Shown here one piece after another: positions 22,307-30,787 of a stretch of DNA of 64,000 bases; within the stretch, counting starts at the first letter, position 1, and every line of letters begins with the position of its first letter. Under the pieces are notes generated by a model. That model was not told the DNA's origin, did no database searches, and worked only from the letters and a program-made list of their open reading frames with translations. The translations under genes and the position numbers were made by a program. Origin of the DNA: Escherichia coli (GTDB lineage Bacteria; Pseudomonadota; Gammaproteobacteria; Enterobacterales; Enterobacteriaceae); the NCBI RefSeq assembly GCF_044324785.1, contig NZ_CP172127.1; one strand, 5' to 3'.

Positions 22307-22655
22307 TGCAACAGGACTGGCATTCCACCGACATTATCGCCACGCTGAAAAAGCGGGGAACGTCTCTGGCGGCGCAGAGAAAAACTCATTGCGGACGCGC
22401 TGTAAATATCGTCAGAAATCATCTGGCCTTCAAGGTACTTTGATAGCAAAGGCAAGCAGGCTGGTTCAGTCCCGTGTTTCTCTTCTTGCATTTTCAGAAA
22501 TGGGAGGCTGGGAGTCTATCGAAATGGTTCGTCGATATGCTCACCTCGCACCTAATCACCTTACCGAACACGCACGGCAAATAGACTCGATCCTGAACCC
22601 ATCGGTCCCAAATTTGTCCCAGTCAAAAAATAAGGAAGGTACTAATGATGTGTAA
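22303..22655 (+). pseudogene. Fusion remnant: frameshifted Ner/Nlp-like HTH gene fragment joined to the 3' end (~190 bp) of a tyrosine-integrase gene
   Basis: The first 24 codons ([24 protein letters not shown]) match the Ner/Nlp family N-terminus as I recall it, then the frame breaks. From about 22460 the DNA and translation ([36 protein letters not shown]) parallel the C-terminus of the intact int at 62240-62431, and the stop sits at the same offset from the tRNA-derived repeat. Confidence 0.55.
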
Positions 22656-22715
22656 CTTATTGATTTAAATGGTGCCGATAATAGGAGTCGAACCTACGAC
22701 CTTCGCATTACGAAT
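22652..22715. repeat. Prophage attachment-site repeat (attL): 64-bp direct repeat containing the 3'-terminal 46 nt of tRNA-Thr (thrW)
   Basis: Identical 64-mer to 62428-62491 (GTAACTTATTGATTTAAATGGTGCCGATAATAGGAGTCGAACCTACGACCTTCGCATTACGAAT); the sequences diverge on both sides. Confidence 0.85.
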
Positions 22716-23044
22716 CTGTAGAACCAATCATAACTATCTGTTTTAGCAAGCATTAACCGCATTCACCAAGCAATAGTTGATGGCACAAACAGAAAGTTGA
22801 TGCATGATGTTGTCATGTGTATGTCACAAATACGGCACAACGATCTTCAAACATGTAGCCACCCAGCATAGAAGAGCACAAATCCTTGCAATCCAGTGCA
22901 AAGCTTTGTGTACCTTAGTTTTGTCTCATAGGTAATTCTGCTTTAACTGCGATGCAGGAATCTGTCACCAGACGCACGTCTCGTTGTTTTATGGTTTTCC
23001 GTTCATGATTAATATGTTAGCTTGTCAAAGTTTGTGTTTAAGAT

Positions 23045-23716
23045 ATGGTGATTGATGCAATGTTAAGCGTTCAGATGACTCCACAAGCAAAAGTTAGCTT
23101 CGAGGAGCAATGTTTTTTTCATGCTTCATGTCTTGTTGTTGCCCCAATAAATGTTGGAGCATTCTCCTACTTTGGCGCTAATTGTATGCTCGGCGGCTTT
23201 ACGATGGGTAGATTTTGTTCAGTTGCTCCAGGAGTAAAAATTGGCCTTGGCGAGCATGAAACTGGGTATTTTTCTACGCATCCTTTTTTCTTTGGCTCAA
23301 AAAATGGTTTTAAAATCCCTGATGGTATAGGAATGCAACGCGACCTCTCTCAACAGAAGCATGGTATACCAAGAATTGGTCATGACGTATGGATAGGTGC
23401 AAATGCGGTTATCAGGCGAGGTATAACTATTGGTACTGGCGCTGTTATTGCTGCTGGCGCTATTGTCACCAAAAATGTCGATCCATATTCAATCGTAGGT
23501 GGCGTTTCTGCAAAACACCTAGGGTACAGATTTGAGGAATCAATCATCAAAGAGTTACTGGATAGCCAATGGTGGGAATATGATTTAAGCTCATTTATTG
23601 GGATTGATACAAGGACACCGACGACTTTTTTAGAGCAGTTTAATGCTGTAAAAGATAAAAAGAAGGCATCTTATAAGAGATTTACAATTCTTCCATCCGG
23701 TGAAATTGTTGAATAG
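23045..23716 (+). CDS. Hexapeptide-repeat xenobiotic acetyltransferase (XAT; Vat/CatB-like)
   Basis: Left-handed beta-helix repeats plus the C-terminal segment [53 protein letters not shown]...[10 protein letters not shown], which closely parallels streptogramin-A / chloramphenicol-B acetyltransferases as I recall them; AT-rich; lies between attL and the tailspike gene. Confidence 0.7.
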   Translation: MVIDAMLSVQMTPQAKVSFEEQCFFHASCLVVAPINVGAFSYFGANCMLGGFTMGRFCSVAPGVKIGLGEHETGYFSTHPFFFGSKNGFKIPDGIGMQRDLSQQKHGIPRIGHDVWIGANAVIRRGITIGTGAVIAAGAIVTKNVDPYSIVGGVSAKHLGYRFEESIIKELLDSQWWEYDLSSFIGIDTRTPTTFLEQFNAVKDKKKASYKRFTILPSGEIVE

Positions 23717-23735
23717 CGCATCCCTGCGCTATATT

Positions 23736-26105
23736 TTAAATAAACATAAGAATAAACATCAGAAGTTCTTCGTATCTGATACCATACTGATAGCCAGCAG
23801 GTTTAATAATAACCTGCCTTCCTGTGTAATATTCCTCGTCGTACCACTCTCCTGTTTCATTGTTTTTAACACTCCTAATCAATACCTCTGGAGCATAAAT
23901 ATCATCCCATTCATCATAACACCAGAACGCATAGTTATTAGGGTCAAGACCGTATTTTCTGAGAATATTACCTACAGTTTGTGCACCAACGCCGAAATGA
24001 ATCCGAGCGCCATCACTCTTGATCTTTACTGCATCTTTAAATTTAAACCTCCAGATATTTTCCTTTATTTCAAGCGCAGCAAGACGCTCTGATTCTGTTG
24101 TTTTCTCGTCAGCCTCAATACGCAATTTCAGCTCTTCATTCGACGTGTTGATACTGCCAGTACCAGCGTATACCTGTGACCATCGAAATGCTGATGTTCC
24201 GTTTGAGTTAACATTATCAACAGTTGGTTTTATAAGGCCAGAAAAATGAGTTTCAGGTGTATTAATATATGTATATGCACCTGCTGTACTACGAGTCCTT
24301 AACTCAAAGCTGTCTATATCAACACCAGTCCTACGAATTATAAGGAAGTTATTTCCTGCGGAACCAGTATCGGTTTGAGTGCTAACAGACAATCCGTTTC
24401 GTGTATCAATACGTATATTCTTCCCGTTCTCCAGCGAAGCAGAATTATGTAGATACAGCGAGTTGTCAGTGTAGAGATTGTGTTTACCTACATTGCTAAA
24501 TGTATAAGTATTGCTTGTGTTATCACTGTTCCTATGGAATTGCTGAAGAGTGTAGGCAGAAGATGCTCCGTATCCATCACAATGGAAATTTCTGCACAGC
24601 TGCAAATCGAATAACAATACGGTGTCAGCATTAATGCTCACATTATTAAAGCATGTTGCAAAGTTGGCACCATACTGTGAATTGGAATCGCCAATCTGTG
24701 CGCACACATCAAGCAAACCAAAAGTTACATTGGTAAAGTTATTTGCATCACCGGCGTCAAGAACAATCCCTTTCTTAGTCCCTGAATACCCTCTGGCAGT
24801 GCCGATCTCAACTCCCTGGAATGAACACACGCGAGCACGACTAAGCTTAAGACCAACCCATTCCAGACCATGATCGTAACCTTTTGCTGCGCGGTGAATA
24901 AACATACCATTCATGATGAGAAGGAATCTGTTATCAAGCCGTACTGGTTCAAGTTGGGCATTAATACCAACATTTGTGCATATACATTCACCATAAGCAT
25001 AACGATTCGTTTCAAATATACGATCATCAGCGTCGTAAATGCCTCGTAATGCCTTGGCGGCATCAATATTAAGCAATGTAAAATATGTCTTCTGCTTAAT
25101 TTCAAAAAAATTTGCAACATTATGCGTTGTGATATCACTCACACGCATTGATAAAATCCCCTCTTCTGGAGCGGTGCGAATGAATCCATCAAGGAACTGT
25201 TCATTATAACTTTTGGCTATCTGATAACATCCAACAGCATCAATGCGTTCGATTGTGAACTGCCAACTATCACCACAGTTAAAAGACCATCTCCAGCCGT
25301 ATTTCTGAGCGAATTCATCATATTCAACATTTGCAGGTTCAGAACAGAAAGATAAAAATCTAAATGTTGGTTTTGGCCTTAGATGGTTAATCCCGGAACC
25401 TCTTGGGGTATATATGGCATTATCTCCATTCCCACCTTTTGTTTTAACTGTAAGGTGACTTAAACCAAATTCAATATCATATTTAGTTGGTGCGGCGAAA
25501 ACAAAGCCGTCTTTTGGTGATGTGGTATTGTCAAACACAATAACCGTTTCACCCTGCCCATCACCGCACATATTTACTGGTGGTATATTAACGGGGCCAG
25601 TCAAACTATATGTTCCAGTTGGCACATATAGTTTTCCACCCTCTCCAATAGCATTTGCCGCTGCAATAAATGCCGCCGTATCATCGTTAACACCGTCACC
25701 TTTCGCCCCATAATGCTGTGGCGTAATTAACAGCATACGGTCAGAAAAAATCTCTGTCCTAAGTTGATCAGGATCGTATTTTAATACATTTGGAAAATAA
25801 AACTGCTGAGTGCCATATGCATCATATACAGCCATAGAATGGCCTTGCACGGTAACGAATTTGGCAATCTGTCCGTTATATACCGGATAACCAGCAGCGT
25901 TAATAATGATTGGTTGAGAAACAGGAACGTGAGAACCGTCTTCGTTCTCTACATAAACCGGAATCTGGTTTTCAGGATTTACCGGGTCAGTGTCAATTTT
26001 ACCGATATAAATTTTTCCATTAGCATTTGCTTTAAACGAGCGAGCTAAAGTGAATAACTGACTTGGTTGTGAAACAACAACATTGGCATTTATTGAATCT
26101 GTCAT
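23736..26105 (-). CDS. Phage tailspike protein (P22 gp9-like head-binding domain with a divergent receptor-binding body)
   Basis: N-terminal ~115 aa ([18 protein letters not shown]...[12 protein letters not shown]...[13 protein letters not shown]...VLKYDPDQ) match the P22 tailspike head-binding domain; the remainder is unrelated and AT-rich at the 3' end. Confidence 0.85.
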   Translation of the reverse strand: MTDSINANVVVSQPSQLFTLARSFKANANGKIYIGKIDTDPVNPENQIPVYVENEDGSHVPVSQPIIINAAGYPVYNGQIAKFVTVQGHSMAVYDAYGTQQFYFPNVLKYDPDQLRTEIFSDRMLLITPQHYGAKGDGVNDDTAAFIAAANAIGEGGKLYVPTGTYSLTGPVNIPPVNMCGDGQGETVIVFDNTTSPKDGFVFAAPTKYDIEFGLSHLTVKTKGGNGDNAIYTPRGSGINHLRPKPTFRFLSFCSEPANVEYDEFAQKYGWRWSFNCGDSWQFTIERIDAVGCYQIAKSYNEQFLDGFIRTAPEEGILSMRVSDITTHNVANFFEIKQKTYFTLLNIDAAKALRGIYDADDRIFETNRYAYGECICTNVGINAQLEPVRLDNRFLLIMNGMFIHRAAKGYDHGLEWVGLKLSRARVCSFQGVEIGTARGYSGTKKGIVLDAGDANNFTNVTFGLLDVCAQIGDSNSQYGANFATCFNNVSINADTVLLFDLQLCRNFHCDGYGASSAYTLQQFHRNSDNTSNTYTFSNVGKHNLYTDNSLYLHNSASLENGKNIRIDTRNGLSVSTQTDTGSAGNNFLIIRRTGVDIDSFELRTRSTAGAYTYINTPETHFSGLIKPTVDNVNSNGTSAFRWSQVYAGTGSINTSNEELKLRIEADEKTTESERLAALEIKENIWRFKFKDAVKIKSDGARIHFGVGAQTVGNILRKYGLDPNNYAFWCYDEWDDIYAPEVLIRSVKNNETGEWYDEEYYTGRQVIIKPAGYQYGIRYEELLMFILMFI

Positions 26106-26204
26106 TTAATTTACTCCAGATACAAGGAATCGCCGCAGCATGGCTACGGTGAATTTTGGGCATAAAAAACCCAGCCGAAGCTGGGTCGTTGCGTTGGTTA
26201 TCTG

Positions 26205-27083
26205 TCAGTAGTTATGTACTGAAGGAGGTAATTCTTTATTCTTAAGTCTCATCCATGCGGAAATATTCGTTGGTCCGTCTGGCTCATTAATATCAACATC
26301 TCGTGTGTGATTGATTAAAACGTCTCTCGCCATTCCGATAACATACGAGAATTCATGACCGTAGTCGTAGCATCTGCCGGAATAGTTCGATTGAATTTGT
26401 TTCAGCGCCGGATACAGTTCGCGGAATAATGCCTGTGAGCGGTTGGCATAATCCCATAACCATACAAGGCTGTTTGCTTCTTTTGCAGAAAGCTCGTTGG
26501 TTTTCTTCTCTTGTTTGCCAATGAACTCACCTTCAAGCACTACCCTGTGGATGTACTCTACGGCCAGCGGGATTTGTTCAATTGAAAGTTCATCAATGCT
26601 GTCAATACCAAAACGCTGATGAACCATATTGTATGCATCGTCATAGCGAAGTCCTTTCTTTCCTACCAGCATGTTTACTGCATCGCGTAGCGGTGTTCTT
26701 TCCTCAACAGTGGTTTTCTTTCCTTTTACATACTCGCCATGTTTGCGAATTGAAGGCAGAACTTCTGCTGTTACCCACTTGCGGAATTTGTGCGGGACTG
26801 AACCTTTATTGACTGCATCGCGGCAGCGCAGAACCAATGTATACATACCTGATTCGCTCACAATGCTTAGATTCTGCTCACCACCAAGGGTGTAACTTAA
26901 AGTTACTCCCTTTTCATCGTCATCAAGTGCAGTAAGCGCCTTGCGTGAGTTAGTCAAATCTAAAGCATCACAAACATCTTTAGCTACAAACCACGGCTCA
27001 CCGCACTTGTTGATGACGCGGATTTCACTGTCGCCGAATTTGAAGATGGTGAAATCGTTTTGTGCCTTTGCTATACTTTTCAT
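26205..27083 (-). CDS. ant: Antirepressor Ant (Bro-N/KilAC type) of the immI region
   Basis: 292 aa; N-terminus [25 protein letters not shown] is typical of P22-like Ant; sits downstream of arc. Confidence 0.8.
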   Translation of the reverse strand: MKSIAKAQNDFTIFKFGDSEIRVINKCGEPWFVAKDVCDALDLTNSRKALTALDDDEKGVTLSYTLGGEQNLSIVSESGMYTLVLRCRDAVNKGSVPHKFRKWVTAEVLPSIRKHGEYVKGKKTTVEERTPLRDAVNMLVGKKGLRYDDAYNMVHQRFGIDSIDELSIEQIPLAVEYIHRVVLEGEFIGKQEKKTNELSAKEANSLVWLWDYANRSQALFRELYPALKQIQSNYSGRCYDYGHEFSYVIGMARDVLINHTRDVDINEPDGPTNISAWMRLKNKELPPSVHNY

Positions 27084-27151
27084 GTCAATATTTCCTAATC
27101 CGATTTGTTGATGCCGAAGCCCTGACTGTTACAGCAGTTGGGGCTTCAACT

Positions 27152-27313
27152 TTACGCACCAATGCGCCCTTCCTTCTTAAAGCTTTCCATTACTCGCTGA
27201 TAAATCTCAGAATTAACAGACCGACCATTTTCTTCCGCCACCTTGCGTACCAAATCCAATACTTCTTTAGGCCACCGCAAATTGAACTGTGGCATTTTGC
27301 TCATTCCTTTCAT
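27152..27313 (-). CDS. arc: Arc repressor (53 aa)
   Basis: From the internal ATG at 27313: MKGMSKMPQFNLRWPKEVLDLVRKVAEENGRSVNSEIYQRVMESFKKEGRIGA, essentially the P22 Arc sequence as I recall it. Confidence 0.9.
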   Translation of the reverse strand: MKGMSKMPQFNLRWPKEVLDLVRKVAEENGRSVNSEIYQRVMESFKKEGRIGA

Positions 27314-27403
27314 GTTCACCTCACAATATAGGTCCACGGTGGACCTATTGAGAATATAGTAGAGTGCTTCTATCATGTCAATACACTAACTTGGAGTGAT
27401 GGC
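27314..27403. promoter_or_regulatory. Divergent Pant/Pmnt control region with Arc and Mnt operators
   Basis: Perfect palindrome TAGGTCCACGGTGGACCTA (Mnt operator) and ATAGTAGAGTGCTTCTATCAT (Arc operator) between the divergent arc and mnt starts. Confidence 0.85.
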
Positions 27404-27658
27404 ATGGCTAGAGATGATCCGCACTTTAACTTCCGTATGCCTTTGGAAGTAAGAGAAAAATTGAAATTAAGAGCCGAGGCTAACGGAAGGTCAATGAACT
27501 CTGAGTTATTACAAATCGTTCAGGATGCACTATCAAAACCATCACCGATTACAGGATATCGCGACGAAGCTGAACGCTTGGCTGATCAGCAGGCTGAGCA
27601 GTTCAAGGCTATAGTGTTTGAGACACTTAAAAAGATTTATGAAAAGGATTTGAAATGA
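27404..27658 (+). CDS. mnt: Mnt repressor (maintenance of lysogeny)
   Basis: 84 aa, MARDDPHFNFRMPLEVREKLKLRAEANGRSMNSELLQIVQDALSKPSP...; ribbon-helix-helix N-terminus like P22 Mnt. Confidence 0.9.
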   Translation: MARDDPHFNFRMPLEVREKLKLRAEANGRSMNSELLQIVQDALSKPSPITGYRDEAERLADQQAEQFKAIVFETLKKIYEKDLK

Positions 27659-27709
27659 GATTTCTATCACTGTTCTTGTTAGCAGTTGTCTCTTCTTCCA
27701 GTGCTGAGC

Positions 27710-28766
27710 GGCTTTGTTGAATAAATCGAACTTTTGCTGAGTTGAAGGATCAGATCACGTATCTTCCCGACAACGCAGACCGTTCCGTGGCAAAGCAAAA
27801 GTTCAAAATCACCAACTGGCCCACCTACAATAAAGCCCTCATCAACCGTGGCTCCATAACTTTCTGGCTGGATGATGAAGCTATTCAGGCCTGGTATGAG
27901 TCAGCAACACCTTCTTCACGAGGCAGACCTCAGCGCTATTCTGACCTTGCCATCACTACTGTGCTGGTCATTAAACGCGTATTCAGGCTGACCCTGCGGG
28001 CTGCGCAGGGCTTTATTGATTCCATTTTTTCTCTGATGAACGTTCCGCTACGCTGCCCGGATTACAGCTGTGTCAGCAGGCGGGCAAAGTCGGTTAATGT
28101 CAGTTTCAAAACGCCCACCCGGGGTGAAATCGCACACCTGGTAATTGATTCCACCGGGCTGAAGGTCTTCGGTGAAGGCGAGTGGAAAGTCAAAAAGCAT
28201 GGCCAGGAACGCCGCCGTATCTGGCGTAAGCTGCATCTCGCCGTTGACAGTAAAACACATGAAATCATCTGCGCTGACCTGTCGCTGAACAACGTTACGG
28301 ACTCAGAGGCCTTCCCCGGGTTAATCCGGCAAACCCACCGGAAAATCAGGTCAGCCGCCGCCGATGGCGCTTACGATACCCGGCTATGTCACGATGAACT
28401 GCGGCGTAAGAAAATCAGCGCGCTTATCCCTCCCCGAAAAGGTGCGGGTTACTGGCCCGGTGAATATGCAGACCGTAACCGTGCAGTGGCTAATCAGCGA
28501 ATGACCGGGAGTAATGCGCGGTGGAAATGGACAACAGATTACAACCGTCGCTCGATAGCGGAAACGGCGATGTACCGGGTAAAACAGCTGTTCGGGGGTT
28601 CACTGACGCTGCGTGACTACGATGGTCAGGTTGCGGAGGCTATGGCCCTGGTACGAGCGCTGAACAAAATGACGAAAGCAGGTATGCCTGAAAGCGTGCG
28701 TATTGCCTGAAAACACAACCCGCTACGGGGGAGACTTACCCGAAATCTGATTTATTCAACAAAGCC
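27710..28766 (+). mobile_element. IS903-like insertion sequence (IS5 family), 1057 bp, flanked by a 9-bp target-site duplication
   Basis: Terminal inverted repeats GGCTTTGTTGAATAAATC (27710-27727) and GATTTATTCAACAAAGCC (28749-28766); direct 9-bp duplication GTGCTGAGC at 27701-27709 and 28767-28775; 1057 bp matches IS903. Confidence 0.9.
27787..28710 (+). CDS. IS903-type DDE transposase (307 aa from GTG 27787)
   Basis: The VAKQKFKITNWPTYNKALINRGSITFWLDDEAIQAWYE N-terminus matches IS903 transposase as I recall it; the ORF is also open from an upstream ATG at 27742. Confidence 0.85.
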   Translation: MAKQKFKITNWPTYNKALINRGSITFWLDDEAIQAWYESATPSSRGRPQRYSDLAITTVLVIKRVFRLTLRAAQGFIDSIFSLMNVPLRCPDYSCVSRRAKSVNVSFKTPTRGEIAHLVIDSTGLKVFGEGEWKVKKHGQERRRIWRKLHLAVDSKTHEIICADLSLNNVTDSEAFPGLIRQTHRKIRSAAADGAYDTRLCHDELRRKKISALIPPRKGAGYWPGEYADRNRAVANQRMTGSNARWKWTTDYNRRSIAETAMYRVKQLFGGSLTLRDYDGQVAEAMALVRALNKMTKAGMPESVRIA

Positions 28767-29071
28767 GTGCTGAGCTGCGCGAGCTTCAAACGGGTAATGA
28801 CCTTCTTTACAACATTCAACAAGGTAAAAAGGGTGATGATTTTTCATCGCTTTACATTACTGGATATTTGCGCGGAGTAACTGACTCATTGATACTAATT
28901 GGTTCTCTATGTCCTCCTGATGGCGTTGACATGTATCAATACACCGATATCGTTGAGAAATCTCTAAACAAAAACCCAGAATCAAGAAATGAGAGTGCAG
29001 TTATACTAACCGCCCTAGCAGTAGGAAAAACATTTCCGTGCAAAAAGAATCAATAACAATAAGGGCTTAAA

Positions 29072-29461
29072 ATGAAATTGATTATAGCAATGGCTTTCCT
29101 TGTCTTCTCGTTTTCTGTCTCAGCAGAGTGCTGGGTCGTTGGAGATATGCACGGAATAAGCTATTCAGAACGAAATAATTTTCAACCGGAAGAAGATGGT
29201 TTTAGTGGAACATTCATCATTAAGACAAACGGTGAAGATGCCAGTATCACATATTCTGGGACGGATGCGGGCGGCATGGCTTACAAAGCATTGTCTAAAA
29301 ACTCCATCCTAGGAATTGGCGCGAATGGAGAAACTCAACGCGTTATAGACTCATGGGTAATACATCCTACTGGAACAGTTTTAATGTCAAAAACCATTTC
29401 CGGTTATGGAAATATGGATTCAACCAAAGCTTTTGTTGGAAAAGTAAAAAGAAAATGTTAA
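29072..29461 (+). CDS. Hypothetical secreted/periplasmic protein (129 aa)
   Basis: Signal peptide MKLIIAMAFLVFSFSVSAEC; second gene of the mnt-downstream operon; no recognisable domain. Confidence 0.6.
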   Translation: MKLIIAMAFLVFSFSVSAECWVVGDMHGISYSERNNFQPEEDGFSGTFIIKTNGEDASITYSGTDAGGMAYKALSKNSILGIGANGETQRVIDSWVIHPTGTVLMSKTISGYGNMDSTKAFVGKVKRKC

Positions 29462-29482
29462 CGATAGGATTATGGCCCTACA

Positions 29483-29677
29483 TCAACAGCTTCCGCGTCC
29501 CTGAGTAATTCTGTTGCGGATTTGCTTCTTGCGGTGGTTTAAGCTGGAGAGCTTGGCTTCTGCTTCTGATATTTGCGCATCAAGATCTTTAAGCTCAAGA
29601 TCTGAAAGTCGCTGGTCAAGCAGGGTTTGGTTCAACTCAATATTGTTCAGACGTTCTTCTATGGTCATAACTTTCAT
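29483..29677 (-). CDS. Small coiled-coil protein (about 64 aa from ATG 29677)
   Basis: Heptad-rich MKVMTIEERLNNIELNQTLLDQRLSDLELKDLDAQISEAEAKLSSLNHRKKQIRNRI; start codon choice is uncertain. Confidence 0.4.
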   Translation of the reverse strand: MKVMTIEERLNNIELNQTLLDQRLSDLELKDLDAQISEAEAKLSSLNHRKKQIRNRITQGRGSC

Positions 29678-29699
29678 CCTATAACTATTTGGAATCAAA

Positions 29700-29882
29700 A
29701 TGAAAAATATATTAATTGGTTTCGTTTTTGGTGCAGCCTGCGCTGCCAGCATTAGCGTTATCGCCGCCCAGATTGTTGGTGGTAACTCATATCTAATGGG
29801 CTATGACGTCATGATAGATGGAGAGGTTGTTTGCTCAGACCCTTATGTATGGACGTCGACAAAAGAAATAGAATGTGACTAA
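29700..29882 (+). CDS. Small signal-peptide/membrane protein (60 aa)
   Basis: [28 protein letters not shown] hydrophobic N-terminus; AT-rich cargo region. Confidence 0.35.
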   Translation: MKNILIGFVFGAACAASISVIAAQIVGGNSYLMGYDVMIDGEVVCSDPYVWTSTKEIECD

Positions 29883-29977
29883 TACCAGCCTGATGGCTGG
29901 TTAATTTTTGCATTTACCTGGGCCATATTGACTACTTATAAAATGAGATCAATATTTAATCGCCCAATAACGGGTGT

Positions 29978-30172
29978 ATGTTGAGGTATATCATGGCGAA
30001 AAAACCAGGTGAAAATACAGGGAAAAACGGCGGAATATACCAGGAAGTTGGTCCACGCGGTGGTAAGAAGGACAATTTTGCCACCGTCAGGGACAACGAA
30101 AGACTTCCGCCAACAACAAAGCCAGGTCATGGCTGGGTATTGGATAAGCGAACTCCAGACAGCAAAAAGTAA
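29978..30172 (+). CDS. Small basic Gly/Lys-rich protein (64 aa; start may be ATG 29993)
   Basis: ORF only; MAKKPGENTGKNGGIYQEVGPRGGKKDN. Confidence 0.3.
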   Translation: MLRYIMAKKPGENTGKNGGIYQEVGPRGGKKDNFATVRDNERLPPTTKPGHGWVLDKRTPDSKK

Positions 30173-30185
30173 TAATCAAGCCGGG

Positions 30186-30551
30186 TCACTCCGGCTTTTT
30201 GATATGTCGCTCGCAGAACTCAACAAGCCTGCTCATTAAGTAGCAGTAAGTCTCGTTGGCTCTTCCTGGTTCAACATCAACACCTACCCTTGAGCAGATA
30301 TCGAATGCCATGTGAGCGCACTCATGGGCAATAGTAGATAGTTTGCCATTGAACACGCCTATCACATGCAAAACACCATTCTCGCTACTCATTGTATGAG
30401 ACGCTCCGTTGGCGTCCGAGTCATGCACGTCAACGCCAAGTTTTTGATGCAGGCGTTGCCATTCTGGAAAGTCTCTACAAAACACAATGGTACCGCTCTC
30501 AAAGAGCGGTACGAGCATCTTTGGTACGTTTCCAATGTTAACTTTTTTCAT
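30186..30551 (-). CDS. Small HExxH-motif protein (putative Zn-metallopeptidase-like), 121 aa
   Basis: Contains IAHECAHMAF (HExxH) plus downstream E/C residues; no further similarity recognised. Confidence 0.45.
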   Translation of the reverse strand: MKKVNIGNVPKMLVPLFESGTIVFCRDFPEWQRLHQKLGVDVHDSDANGASHTMSSENGVLHVIGVFNGKLSTIAHECAHMAFDICSRVGVDVEPGRANETYCYLMSRLVEFCERHIKKPE

Positions 30552-30582
30552 GGTATCCTGCGCAAAACTAAGGAGGTTGGTG

Positions 30583-30770
30583 TGAAGAAAAAATTTGTAA
30601 ACGTTGCAAAGTGCGCAATTTTTATATTTTTTATGACCTTTTACGGATTTAGTGCCGGAGAAGGTTTCGATCGTGATGCCAATGCATTCAGTTTCTTTTG
30701 TCTGTCTATAGTGGTCATAATTGTATGGGTGGAATTAAAGCAAACATTGTTTCATGTGCTAGGGAAATAA
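30583..30770 (+). CDS. Small two-TM membrane protein (62 aa from GTG 30583)
   Basis: Strong RBS AAGGAGG 6 bp upstream of GTG; VKKKFVNVAKCAIFIFFMTFYGFSAGEGFDRDANAFSFFCLSIVVIIVWVELKQTLFHVLGK. Confidence 0.45.
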
Positions 30771-30787
30771 CCATCCATGGCATTTAG

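Larger units (their letters stand above)
27655..29056 (+). pseudogene. Signal-peptide protein gene (about 114 aa when rejoined) split by IS903 insertion
   Basis: ATG at 27655 overlaps the mnt stop (ATGA). After removing 27710-28775 (IS plus one target-duplication copy) the frame continues without a stop to 29056: MRFLSLFLLAVVSSSSAELRELQTGNDLLYNIQQGKKGDDFSSLYITGYLRGVTDSLILIGSLCPPDGVDMYQYTDIVEKSLNKNPESRNESAVILTALAVGKTFPCKKNQ. Confidence 0.7.

Noticed and set aside
22000-22491. 163-aa minus-strand ORF overlapping the 157-aa gene and the Ner-like fragment
   Set aside because: Ser/Arg-rich low-complexity translation, antisense to ORFs with better start signals; likely spurious.
23045-23716. Possibility that the acetyltransferase is an Sf6 Oac-type O-antigen acetyltransferase
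   Set aside because: Oac-type serotype-conversion enzymes are, as I recall, polytopic membrane acyltransferases; this protein is a soluble hexapeptide-repeat enzyme with the XAT C-terminal signature, so that specific identity is not supported (a sugar substrate is still not excluded).
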